A DNA stretch of 64,000 nt, from positions 59,768,001-59,832,000 of the forward strand of contig CM060732.1 of the NCBI GenBank assembly GCA_030704615.1, read 5' to 3'. The stretch comes from Takakia lepidozioides. Its lineage: Eukaryota > Plantae > Bryophyta. Position numbers and translations under genes: made by a program. The first letter of the stretch is position 1. Every line of letters starts with the position of its first letter. The notes beneath the pieces are model-generated. The model was given only the letters and a program-made list of their open reading frames with translations. It ran no database searches and was not told the origin of the DNA. Shown here piece after piece: positions 13,639-26,154 of this stretch.

Positions 13639-15638
13639 TCAACTCTTAAACCATAATGCAGGCAGGCAAAGCGTTTGTAGCCGAATATGTTGAGCTTTAT
13701 GTGCAACAGCTTGATAGATCCTACCCAATTTATCGCATTATCTGCTTCTCGTATTCTATTTCTGATGAAGGAAAGATCCCGGCATTTTTTGTAGCAATGA
13801 TGCTTCCATGTACATGAGACGCAAACTGTGAAAATGAGGCATAGGAATGAAGTAAACTCAGCATATGCAGTAAAATTTCAATGACCTGGGTTTACAGACA
13901 GCCGGGTGAGTGCTTGCATGATTTATTCATGGTAGCTAAACTTACCCCAATTTTTCCACTATCACCATTGTTTGGGCACTTCCCTCCACCGAGGATGTAA
14001 CTAGAATATCAGTAATCAGCTAGCCATCAGTTTGATTTTCATCAGTACCAAAGCTCCAAGTGTGAGGAATTTTCCCATCTGCCTGACGAAGTTGCCCGGA
14101 AAATATGAAGAAATCCTGCCAAAAGAGAGGGCTGAAAACAAAGGAACAACCACCAATGATAGCATCATTGCACTTTCAACTTCCCAATGCAATTAAGCTT
14201 AAGTATTTCACCCGGAGTTGATGGTGGATGGATTGAAGCTTAAATGAGGAATTTGCTTGAGGTGCACAGGAAGTATAAACTTTAGCAGGAAACAGTTGAT
14301 AGAAACAACTTAAATCTGAAGGGCTCTCTCGGGAATGATAGATAATAGAACCAACCACATTTTCATGAAACACGGTACCTAAGGTACTGAATCCAGTGAA
14401 TGTGGCAACCGAACACTGTAGTACAGATTTCCATCCACTTTGAAAAATTTAAATAAGAAGAGCTCTCTGATAAAAGATCTGCCTTGCCAGAGCTTTCTTC
14501 GAGTCCACGATCTGGAGGTGTCAGATCTACGCTAAGCCCCAGGAGATCGAATTCGAATTTGCATTTCAAAAAATCGCCTACAAACTCCAAACCGCTACTT
14601 TGATCCATGATATGGCCGAACCACTACATATAACTGACATGCATAAAAGAGCATTACTTGTTTCCTTTATGTGGCCAGAAAAACCACCACTAGTCAATCA
14701 GACTCCGAGTCAACACGTCAACACCTTCTTTCGGATCTAGATTTCGAACATTCTCAACACAAGGGATATGTCCTCTCGCGAGAATCCGAACTTCAGACTG
14801 TGTAATAGTTTGGAGTGCCCCATTTGGACACTCTTAGAAAATATCAATGTGCAATGAATGGACTTCTATGGAGTTACGTATAAGTGTCCATCATTGATTT
14901 CTTAATTTCATGTCATGGCCCCAAAATTGAGACACACTTGTACATTTTCTTCTTATTCTTGGCTTCCTTCCACTCTCAGTCTGTCTCCGGCAGTGTCCAG
15001 CAGCTAATTTCTGTAGTTTGAGTAGCAAGTCTTCCTTCGAGAAACTCCAGACTTTGAGGGTTTCAACGTTTCAACTCCAGATGGTCAGAGTAGCACCTTC
15101 TACGGTCCTGGATTCTTTCTCCACTTTTTAATTTGAGTTCACATTATGCTGCAGTTTGAAATTAACGGCTTGTAGGCTGAGTCGTGATTCCTGCACCCAT
15201 TTGAAAATTATATTCACAGATATGCCATCCATGGTCGTTGGATTAGTTACGTCAAAGAGGATAGACCTCGGGTTGATCCTTCGCGTTATTCCAAGTCTCT
15301 GCAGTGGAGGGCAAGCTCGTGAGTCGTATTTTCTTCACAATTAAGGTGCATACAAGTGCAGAAAATAGAATGCTTAGACTCACTATAACGTGCGTAGATG
15401 GTAGTTTGATAATTTCTCTCTTATATTGGCTCTCTGCTGCAGTGGTAGGGGATCGAATAAACGCTGGCAGCCCCTACCTGCTCACGAGGCTGTCTACTTC
15501 ATTCTGCCATCTCACGACAGGTGATTTGGCATCTTGCATGTGTGTTTTGAGAATTGTCTAGTTTTTTTCTGCTGAAGGGGCTCATTGGTCACTGATTTTC
15601 CTGATATAAACACGATCACCAAGATAGAGTGAAAGAGA

Positions 15639-15907
15639 TGAATGATTGCTGTATTACAAACAGCTCAGGAACATACTAGGCTAGAATGATTCAAAGAGTG
15701 AACACACATGGTATTTAACTAGGCTAAGCTTGCACATGACTTAATTTAAGGATGGAGTAATAGCTACCAGCAGTACTTGGACCTATCTATCAACCACACG
15801 ATAATATAACTTCATACATATCTATAAGCATAATTGTAGCACCTAACTCCCTGAGGACTGTTACTAAGATTAGAACCTTGATACCTACACCTGTAGGTGA
15901 TTTAACA
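15639..15907 (-). repeat. 3' LTR of copia element 1 (inverted)
   Basis: Near-identical reverse complement of 20022-20286; TG...CA ends on the - strand; polypurine tract at 15908-15916; outer flank reads TCTCT on the - strand. Confidence 0.92.
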
Positions 15908-18280
15908 CCCCCTCTCGGTCCTAAGGTACCCTAATTCCTTCAAGATGTCGAGAACGAGAAGAGCTCTTGCCGGCATCTCCTTTTGCTTCTGCTAGACTGC
16001 ACATGCCAAGCTTATTCCTAAATTTGTCAAACTTGATCCACCCCAATGGCTTTGTGAAGATATCTGCCGCTTGATCACATGTAGAAACCTCGTAGAAACA
16101 TGAATGAGGTCGATTTCTTTGCTTTCCACTTTTTCACGAATGAAATGATGATGCACTTCAATGTGCTTTGTTCGAGCATGGAGTGCAGGATTTTCAGCGA
16201 TCTTAGCTCTGCTCTGGTTGTCACAAAGAATTGTAGTTGGCCCTTCACCCAAAATTCCAACTTCTTCTCAAAGTTTCCTCAACCACATGGCTTCCTTTGC
16301 AGCTTCAGTAAGTGCCCTATATTCAGCTTCTGTGGACGACAATGCGACTGTGGTTTGTTTCTTAGAGCACCAAGTTGCAGCACCATCTCCAATTCGAAAG
16401 ATGTAACCACTTGTAGAGTGCCGCTGATTGTGATCACCGGCCCAATCGGCATCTGAAAACCCGTTTAGCTCATTGCTTGAGCCCGTGCGGTATAGAATTC
16501 CGAAATCAAGTGTGCCATCGGATGTAACGGAGAATATGCTTAATAGCATCAAGGTGAGGCTGCTAGGGCTATGCCATGAATCTACTCACAATCCCAACCG
16601 AAAAGACAAGATCAAACCTTGTATTACAATAGTAAATGAGTTTACCGACCATCCTCCGGTATACTGCCGAGTCTGCCTTGGGTGCATCCATGTTAGTCAG
16701 CAGGTGAAGGCCTTCAATCATGGGCACCCTATGTGGGTTGCAATCCCACATTCCAAACTCTTGCAGCATTGACACAACTTATTGATATTGGCATACAAAA
16801 ACACTTGCAGGAATATGAGATAATTCTGCAGCTAAGTACAAGGATGCTAGACATAAGTCAGTCATCTCGTATTTACAATTGAGGAGTTGTTCACGAAGCC
16901 AAGCCATCTTCTCCTTGTGACTTTCTGTGTTGAACAAATTGTCAACATAAAGCACTAAAAGTACAATTTTGTCATCTTCAATCAGATAGTACAAGTTGTA
17001 ATCCGCATTGCTTTTAAGCATTCCTTGAGTCCTCAAGTAGGCATCAATATTGGCATACCAAGCTCTTGGAACTTGCTTTAGCCCATAAAGTGCGTTGAGC
17101 AGCAAACATACCAATCATTCACAACCTGGAATAACAAAGCCCTCGGGCTGCTCCATATACACCTCCTCTTGAAGAAGGCCATTCAAGAAGGCCGTTTTCA
17201 CATCTAGATGGATAAGAGGCCATCCTTCGTGAGCAGCCAAAGCGATCATGAACCGAATTGTTGCCCCTTTAACAACAGGAGCAAACGTCTCGTCAAAATC
17301 CAGTCTTTCAGTCTGTTCAAATCCACGCACCACCAGACGCGCCTTAAGCTTGTTCGCTGCACCATCTGCCTGCTTCTTCACTTTATATATCCATTTGGTA
17401 ATTATAGGACGTTTGCCGGGAGGCAATATTATTAACTGCCAAGTTCGATTCTTCTTAATTGAAGCCATCTCAAAGGTCACTTCCAAATATTACCACTTGA
17501 CGTGCAAAAAAATATAAGGTGCCGAAAATTTTGAGAAAATAAAATTTAGAATGCATTTAGAAATATTATAGGGTACTAATATATTGGCGGCACCACATTT
17601 AAATTAAAATAAGGTCCAAAATAAAGTCGTATTTAAAAAAAGTTAAAACTAGAGATAAATTAAAGGGACACATGTCGTTTAGTAATACGTAGGGGACAGA
17701 GGACGTAGGCGCATGTGCACAACAACCCTAGGCTTCCCTCTCTCCTGAGGGCATTTGAAATTCAAATATGATGTTACTGAGAGCAAGTGGATAGACATAG
17801 ATTCAATTATTAATTCAGTTATTATGAGATTTTATTTTGCTCATAACCTTTATACTTTAAATGATGCTGATGCATCTACTTTGGATGAATTTGTTTCCAG
17901 CAAATAAAAAATTTACCCCATAAATTTATTTTATTTTATTTTCAGATTAATATAGGGTGTCTAATTTACCTGCTATAAAATATAAATAATATAGCATTCA
18001 AGAAAATATGCCATGTTATAAAATTATGTAATAATAGGGTGGCCAAAAATTCAGAAAATAAAATTAATACCCCCATAGAAAATGCATGTTTGTCTTACGT
18101 GCCTAGGAAACTAGATAAGGAGTGACCTCCCCCAGCCATCTCCTGCTCCATAGCTGCTTGCCATCTTGGAATTGAAGCTGCCTCTATATACGTGCCAACA
18201 GCCGAGACCAATGAGAGTCCACCCACAGTTGATGAGTCCCCTAAATTCATTATGGTCTTCATTCTCCCGGCAATAAGCAA
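15908..18280 (-). mobile_element. Ty1/copia element 1, 3' half: degenerate RT and RNase H
   Basis: WQAAMEQEMA/SIKKNRTW, KARLVVRGF, HLDVKTAFLNG, ALYGLKQ, LYVDN (RT); GFSDADWAGD, ALSSTEAEY, CDNQS, HARTKHIEVHHHFIRE (RNase H); several stops and frameshifts. Confidence 0.93.
17472..18133. mobile_element. Non-autonomous AT-rich DNA transposon (Mutator/MITE-like) inserted in the copia RT
   Basis: 9-bp direct repeat AGCCATCTC at 17463-17471 and 18134-18142; near-terminal inverted motif AGGTCACT/AGTGACCT; removing it rejoins EQEMA-SIKKN. Confidence 0.7.
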
Positions 18281-18852
18281 GATATGTCAAAGATGGTCAA
18301 AGTAACTAAGAGAACTTTGAAATCGATTCTAGACATCAATTCACCAAACTCAATGGCAAACCATTCACCGATGTCGAATCATTACCAGGCGACGGATCCT
18401 TTCTGAACCGTTTGCCGCTTGGTGGGGTGGCTCATGAGCTACGGAGTGTCCCCATGCCAGGTTCGGACGGCACGCCTGGGGTCCTCAAGACAGACTTACG
18501 GCTCAAAGATTATCCAAATATCTGGGTCTGCGACCTCTCGGTATTCCCTTCCTCACCCGCAGCAAATCCTTCGCTGACGCTGGTGGCGCTGGCTCTGAGG
18601 TTGTCGGAAAAGCTGTTGCCAACAGTGGTCCCCAGCGTCGTGCGATATATCACTGTTGTAAATTATACGTGCGAAGATCTCGACGTTCGCGTCACATCAT
18701 TCAAGGAGAGATATCTGATTAAAGCCGGAGAAAGTAAATGATGGGGGTACAATTCCGTGGATGGAGAAGCCATCATTGCCTACAAGAACGGCACATCAGA
18801 GGTGTATCAGCAGCGGTATGGCCGCGCGGGGGATGTGATTTACATCGACTAA
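18281..18852 (+). pseudogene. C-terminal fragment of a GMC oxidoreductase (pyranose-oxidase-like) with a short extra C-terminal domain
   Basis: GGVAHELRSVPM (catalytic His region), VLKTDLRLKDYPNIWVCDLSVFPSSPAANPSLTLVALALRLSEKL (GMC C-terminal signature); in-frame TGA at 18739-18741; the FAD-binding N-terminus is absent. Confidence 0.8.
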
Positions 18853-20021
18853 AGATGGTAACTTTGTAGATACAAAGAACTACGCTACAGAATAACATCT
18901 CTTGCTCCCAGACCGTGAAGAGAGTCTTGATCGAGGGGTCTGAGCTCATATATTCTAACGTCTCCTTGCACAATGTTTTGCAAAGACCCCCCGCCATTGC
19001 TTCCGCTGTTGCTCGATCTCGCAGACCATGATCGTCTAGCCTTCATATAAGTTCGATGTACTTCAGTTCATCACCTCTTAAATGCCAAAAACAGCTGCAT
19101 GTCCTTCTTATTTTCAACAATGGCAAACACTTGATCTGTGACAGATGTACTGAAATTTGGAAACTTGAAACTTGTTGCCTCCATTGAAGTTGTTTCCGCT
19201 CTTGTTGTCATCGTTACTGCTTGCAATCATTGCTTGTGTGTAATGTGTACCTTGCGTGGGCTTCTATACAGCTTCGTGATGCATCATCGTCGCCATCACT
19301 CTCAAGGTCTTGGGCCCAAGCGGAGCACGCTGCCCTCCCTTACTCGTGAGCGTTTGGAAGCCTACCCATCTCCACCCCTTATCAAACAAGTCCAAATTTA
19401 TTTTAATGAAATAAGAATAGCCCAATTTTAGAACGAGGATATAAAGCTTTGTATCCGACATTGTCCCGAAAAGCCTTAAAGGTTCATAGTTCATAGTTGG
19501 CGGTCCAAAGCATCGATAATCATGTCCGCAGGGTACTCAGAGCAAAGCAGAGCAAGTAGGGGCTGCCAGCATTCATTCATTCGTAGTCTTCATATCAGCT
19601 TTCACTGTTTGGAATGCAAGCTTGTCAAAAGTCGAAGTTGCATTCCACGTCCTACACATCAGATTTCACATTGTCCAGTTCATTGCTCAAGTTTCTTCAC
19701 TGTGTGAAAGAGTATGAGCCGATGATACTGTCATGTGATCACCTACGTATGAATAATTCGCTCCTAATTCCCTGGTAGCTTCCAAAATTTTCCACACATG
19801 GGATTTCTTTGAACTAACTTGTTCCTCATAGCATATGAATCTACATATCATAGACCCAAAAATTGAGAGGTGCAAGGAAAAATAACTCTGTCTGCACATA
19901 GTCGATACACTCCTCTCACATATTTGCTAAGCACAACGAAATTTCCTGATCTCTTCTGATGAAAAACTTTTCGAAAATTTCTGTTGGACGATGTGTCTTG
20001 TGATTTTCTCTTCCCCTCTCT

Positions 20022-20286
20022 TGTTAAATCACCTACAGGTGTAGGTATCAAGGTTCTAATCTTAGTAACAGTCCTCAGGGAGTTAGGTGCTATAATTATG
20101 CTTATAGATATGTATGAAGTTATATTACCGTGTGGTAGATAGATAGGTCCAAGTACTGCCGGTAGCTATTACTCCATCCTTAAATTAAGTCAGGTGCTTA
20201 GCCTAGTTAAATACCATGTGTGTTCACTCTTTGAATCATTCTAGCCTAGTATGTTCCTGAGCTGTTTGTAATACAACAATTTTTCA
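20022..20286 (+). repeat. 5' LTR of copia element 1
   Basis: TGTTAAA...TTTTCA, preceded by TCTCT and followed directly by the PBS. Confidence 0.92.
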
Positions 20287-20297
20287 TGGTATCAGAG
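20287..20297 (+). other. Primer binding site (initiator tRNA-Met)
   Basis: TGGTATCAGAG immediately after the LTR's terminal CA. Confidence 0.9.
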
Positions 20298-20504
20298 TAG
20301 GATAGGCGAGTGAATCATAGTATGTTTTCTCAGGGCTTTGAGGTTGCTAGGAAGTACCTCCACGTCGGTGTGTAGCATTGCTCCACCAAGATCGTAATAT
20401 CTATGACTCCAGCAATATCGTAATCTGTGAGCATTGCTCCAGACACTGTGTGTTTATTTTTTATTTTTTATTTTATTTTGCATCTCTATTTGTATAGTCT
20501 CAAG

Positions 20505-23500
20505 ATGGCCAACGAGGGTAGCAGTTTTTCCATTTCCCAAGAAAATAAGCTTGCTGGAAAGAAGAACTATGAGGTGTGGAAGTTTAAAGTCAAAAACCAT
20601 CTTCTCGGAGAGGATATCCTTGAATGGGTTGAGAGGAGGATGGTCTTAGCTGAAGGTCGGAACAGGGATGAGTTTAGGAGGAAGAAACAACGTGCTTACA
20701 CCATTATCAATCTCTCTCTTACAGATAGGACGTGTGCCGCAAGAGATAACATACTTTTGCCAGTGATCCAATACGTCTCCCATCTCAACGAGCCTAAGAA
20801 AGTCTGGGATGCCCTAGCTAAGATGTACGATGATAGGTCTTCTGCTAGGAAGATGTCAGTGAGAAACAAGCTTCAAGGCATTAGAATGGAGGAGGGAGCC
20901 TCTATGGAAGATTTTCTTGAGGAAATTACCAATCTGGTAGCCCAGCTCACTGACTTTGGTGAAGAAATCGAGGAAGACACTATCGTGGAATATATCTTGA
21001 ACGCGCTGCCAGAATCATACACTGCCTACAGTGATGCGATTATTGCGCAGAGGGAGCTCCCTAATCCTCCGAAGCTGATCACGAAATTGCTACATGAAGA
21101 GAGCCGACGAGAACTGAGGGGTCGAAAGTTGAACCAAGATAAAACGTTGTGGGTAAAGTTCAAGCAAGCATACAAACAAAATGGCAGACCTCCTTATCAA
21201 CAAAAGACTTCAGCATCTGTTTGCAATAGATGTGGCAAGGAGGGCCATTGGGCCAGGAACTGTACAATGCCATATGAGGATCTGATCCTGAAGGCAAGAA
21301 ATCAGCAAACTGCCCACGTCGTTGAGGAGGCACCATAAGAGTCAGAAGAAGAGGATGACGACGGTGAAGCAGCTGAGATGCTTGAGGTAGCATTGGCTGC
21401 CCTCAACACTCATGATGAAGGAGTTTCGTCGAAGAAAAAACCAACCTCCTGGATCGTTGATTCTGGCGCAAGTAAGCATGTGACGGGCAATCCAAAGATT
21501 CTCCATGATATGGACCCCCCAGGCGGTAGTGCTACTAGTGTCCGATCAGCTGAAGGCTCTCATCACTAGTTTAGCATTCTTAAACCGCATGCGCTCATCC
21601 ATCATCTCTACCATATGCCTCTCATTGCGATAAGGATGCTTTTGTAGGTAGACTTGATCAGAGGCAGGCAATCCAGTAATGAAGTAGGTTTTAAGAATGG
21701 CAGTGCATTCAAAGGGTACCGGAATAGCCTTGACCACCATGGTTTTCAAGTCAGTATAGTATTTCCAAATACTCTCACCAGGTTGATAAGGACGATCGGG
21801 CATGGTGTAATTGATGGGCATGTCTGCACGAAACAACTGAAGCGCCAACTGCTTGGCCACTCCCCATCGCAATTCACCCTGATCTTTGATACTAGCTTCA
21901 AAGAGGTCACGAGCCTCACCTTTGAGACAAAAACGAAAGGAATCAATAATCATAGAAGCTGGCAGTTCATTGAATTTGACACTCATCTCAAAAAAATTGA
22001 GAAAGTTGTCAAAGTCTTGGCCTACCTCATAGTCAGGATAAGGCCGTTTGTGAGCACGATGAACGTCCTTGAGCTGGGTAACTGAAGGCGAACCTACTTG
22101 TTTATCCAAAAAGAGCTGCATAAGAGTTGGACAACAAGACAGTGTAGCCATAGCATCACAAATGCCCTGAATAGGCACATTACCAGAGGCTGGAGGGACC
22201 CCTGGGGTCGGACTGGTGTTAGCACCTGGCCGTGGCTCCTCAGGAGACAAAGTTTGAGACATAGGATCAGGAAGAGCATCACCATCATCTTTCACAGCAT
22301 CAGTAAGATCCACATCATGCAACTCATCTAGCACATTCCAGGGCTCCTTGCTAGACCGAGTAGTGACAGGCATTGTAATTGGTCGGGTTTTAAGAAAAAC
22401 AAAGTGGTTACCTTCCACTGGAGGATCGTGCAGGACGCAATTTGGACTCCCAGTCCTTGATACAATAGCCACTTATGAACCTATGTTTGTGAAGCATGTA
22501 AACACCTTCACCCAGAAAGTGCCACAATTCTTCGTCCACTTTGAGCCAGAAAACCACACGAACTATGGAGCGAATAAGCTTTTCCTTGGCAAGCAGTGTG
22601 TGCACTGGATAATCAGTAACATGAAAGCCAGGCAAGTAGTAACCCAACCGTTCTTGTCTAAACACAAGAGCACGGAAAATCAAAATATCATGCACAATAT
22701 GAGGAAAGCGAGAGACATGAATGCATGCGACATGGTCATCCCAAGTGATGTCCACATTGTAGTCAGGTTTCCAGGTAGGCCGTAGGTTGGCCAAGACAAG
22801 TGAACTGCCACCTTTCACCAGCTCCCACAGACGATATGCACTGGGTAAGTTGGCAGCCAAGGAAAAGACTGTGTTTACCTGTAAGATGGGTCTCTTTCAG
22901 TTTCTGTGAAGGGGAAGGGTCATGCAAGTATAATGCAAAATGGATCAATAAAGCACATAACCAATGTTCTTTACGTCCCTGGCATTACTCGTAATCTACT
23001 TTCTGTTAGTGCACTAGCTGATAAGGGCCATCTTGGTATATTTGACCATAGAAAGTGTTTGTTTGGGGAAAAAGAGAGACCTCACAAATTGATCTTGCAA
23101 GGAAAACGAATATCCTCTGGATTGTATAAATTGTCATCTGATGATAAGTCTCTCCCCGAGGTGAACACTGCCGAAGTTGAGGAGTCAGCTAGGCTATGGC
23201 ACAGAAGGCTCGGTAACTTAAACCACCATAGTCTTCATTTTCTCAGTAACAGTGGGAAGGTTCTAGGAATGCCTCGACTCCCTCTCCTTTCAGAAGTCTG
23301 CAAGGCATGCATACTAGGAAAACAGCAGAGGGAAAGATTTCCTCGTTCTAGTGAACACAAAACAAAACAAATATTAGAACTAGTGCATGTAGATCTATGT
23401 GGACCCCTTCCAGCACCTTCTTTATCTGGCTCCAAGTACGTTATGGGTATAACAGATGACTACAGTAGATTTACATGGGTGTACTTTCTCAAGTAGAAAA

Positions 23501-24060
23501 GTGAAGCTTTTTCTTGCTTCAAGAACTTTAAAGTTATGATAGAGAAAGCTACAGGGAAAACCATCAACTGCTTGCGTACAGACCGTGGTGGAGAATTTAT
23601 GTCTCCGGACTTCAGCAACTTCTGTAATGCTGAAGGAATCCAGAGGAAACTTACTAATCCACACACGCCACAACAAAATGGCATCTCTGAGAGAGGAAGA
23701 ATCGAACTCTGATAGAGCATGCAAGGAGTTTACTGTTGGAGAACTCGTTTCCTAAGTATTTGTGGAGTGAAGCAGTCAATTGTGCTGCCTACCTTCTGAA
23801 CATGTCACCAACTTGTGCCAATTCTGGAGTCACGCCCTACCAACGATTCTTAGGTATCAAGCCTAATCTATCTCATCTGCGTATTTTCAGGAGCAAAACA
23901 TATGTCCATGTTAAGAAACATAAGAGAGATAAGCTGGATTCCAAGTCTGTCGAAAGCATAATGGTGGGTTACGATACAGTAACCAAAGGATATCGATTGT
24001 TCAACCCTACAACTCGCAAGGTTTTCATCAGTCGGGATGTTAGGTTTGTTGAAGACTCTC
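20505..24060 (+). mobile_element. Ty1/copia element 1, 5' half: gag, zinc knuckle, protease, GAG-pre-integrase and integrase (degenerate)
   Basis: KLAGKKNYEVWK, LNALPESY, CNRCGKEGHWARNC, WIVDSGASKHVTG, LWHRRLG, ELVHVDLCGP, DDYSRFTW, LRTDRGGEF, SRDVRF; internal stops; interrupted at ~21566-22900. Confidence 0.92.
21566..22900 (-). mobile_element. Inserted fragment with a retrotransposon gag-like ORF and a small upstream ORF
   Basis: ORF 21546-22472 (YEVGQDFDNFLNFFE, LKGEARDLF, QPGESIWKYY, FITGL) is gag-like; the copia frame GSHH...SVKGKGH resumes on either side; no TSD found. Confidence 0.6.
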
Positions 24061-24069
24061 TACGCAAGA

Positions 24070-24904
24070 TTAAGTGGGGAACAATTCTGAGATCCACAAG
24101 AACTTTCGTACAAATTGCAAGTGCAGCTTTTATTTTTCTCCTACTAGATGTCAAACCGAATGTGTAAACCAGATTTTGGAACAGTATCTTCGCTGTACAA
24201 TAAATCATCACCAAGATAATTGGATAGACCTTCTGTCATTGGCTGAGTTTGTCTACAACAACACTATACATTCTTCGACCAAGCAAACTTTATTTTTCTC
24301 CAATTATGGTCATCATCCTCGAGCAAACATTTTCCATATGAAGACTGTTGGAAGCCCTGCTGCAGTAAACCTTGCTACTCATCTTGCTATGATTCACAAT
24401 GAACTTACATTCCACCTCGCAGAAGCTCAAAAACAATACAAGCAGTATGCAGATCAACATTGTCAATTCCAACCCCAGTTCAAGGTCGGAGATCGTGTGT
24501 GGCTTCTTCGACGGGACATACAAACCTCGCGACCATCAAGGAAGTTGGATTATCAACGCCTGGGACCATTCAAAATTATTCGACAAATAAATCCGGTCAG
24601 TTTTCGGCTTGAACTCCCACGAAGTATGCGCATCCATCCAGTCTTTCATATTTTATTATTAGAGTTGTATCATCCATCGAATATTTCAGGGAGAGTCTCC
24701 GTACCACCTCCACCAATCGAAGTCAATCAGGAAATTGAGTATAAAGTCGACGAAGTCTTAGACTCTCGCATCAAGTATAAATGTCTTGAGTATTTCGTAC
24801 ATTGGAAAGATTATGACATCAGCGAACGAACGTGGGAACTTTCATCCAACCTTGCTAATGCATCTGACAAAGTCCAAGAGTTTCATCAACAATATCCACG
24901 ATAA
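24070..24904 (+). mobile_element. Ty3/gypsy chromovirus (Tcn1-like) integrase C-terminus and chromodomain, 5'-truncated
   Basis: QTECVNQILEQYLRC, AEFVYNN, FKVGDRVWL, KLDYQRLGPF, IHPVFH, chromodomain EYKVDEVLDSR..YFVHWKDY..RTWE. Confidence 0.88.
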
Positions 24905-25508
24905 GACGTCACCATGATGATGTCAGTCAAGTTAGCTTCAAAGTGAAGACTCCACATTCAATATACCTGATACACGCTAAGGAGGGAGGAGCACCACACA
25001 TCAGTATATATAGCTATACTTCCAGCACTCTTGCATCTTGTATTCGCAGTATGGAGTTACATGAACCAGATACATTGGAGTTGTCACTTACCCAGCCACC
25101 AGATCAGTTGTTCCGACTCTCACGACCTTCAACATCACGCCTATGCTCTCGAGACGATGGGCCACCAATGCGACGCGTACTTCCTCGTCTGGACCCCGTA
25201 CGACTACAAGTGGAGCCTACTCGAAGTCTGATAATTCTATTGGAAGTTGAGGCTTCGGACCCAGATGGCAACGAAATCATGTTTGAAGGCAGCTTCGAAA
25301 ATCAGAATGCTCAAAATCACTTCGTGGTCCCAAGTTCAAGGTGTTAGACACTATCGATGGTTGCAGGGACCCATAAATCATTTGAGTCAAGAACGAAGAG
25401 GCGAATACTTGGCAAGTACCATTCGCCGGATTTTGGATTTTCTCCAACTCTAAGCAAGTCCAAGATTTTACCGCTCCTCGAGGAACTCGGCGCTAGAGGA
25501 GGGGGTGA

Positions 25509-26154
25509 TGTCACGGACATAGCCCAGATGAACTTATCAGGAGTAAATATCAAAAATTATCAAGTTATCATGTTATCGAAAGTTACCATGACTTAGCGTG
25601 ATTTACCATAATCTATCATAATTTATCATTACTTACCAAATTACTGGGAATTTACCAATTTACCAAGAGTAACTTGGAAACTGCTTATGAAGCTTCCTTT
25701 GGAGGAAACTTCTCCATCAAGATATCTCATTTGTTTAAGGAAGCTCCTCCATCACCTTTGTTTAATCTTGGAAACTTCTCCAGCAAGAAACCTCCATAGG
25801 AGAAGCTTCTTAGGAAAGCTTCGTAGTAGCCAGTATATATAGGAGGCGAGACTGGACACTCTTCAGTCTCACCAACACCAGTTCAAGCTACTCTTGTTTC
25901 CAGTTCCCAGTACTCCAGTCCAGTTCCCAGTACCCTAGCCCAGTTTCCAGTATCTGGTAATCCAGTCCAGTTTCCAGCATTCCAGTATTCAAGTCGTGTT
26001 CCAATATCTTGTACCCTTGTTCATTGTTATAAACATCGCCTTGATTCATATTTACTCATCGTGCATACGGCCACGCCGACCTTGACTTCATGCCTAGTCT
26101 TGTACCTCTAGTCTGATCTCTTGTTTGTGTTCAATCATGTTCTCATCCTTGACA
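25509..26154 (+). repeat. 3' LTR of the chromovirus
   Basis: Purine tract GGAGGGGGTGA, then TGTCA...TGACA inverted ends; internal TATATATA and CCAGT-rich repeats; the flank resumes copia protease (SQHMTD). Confidence 0.8.
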
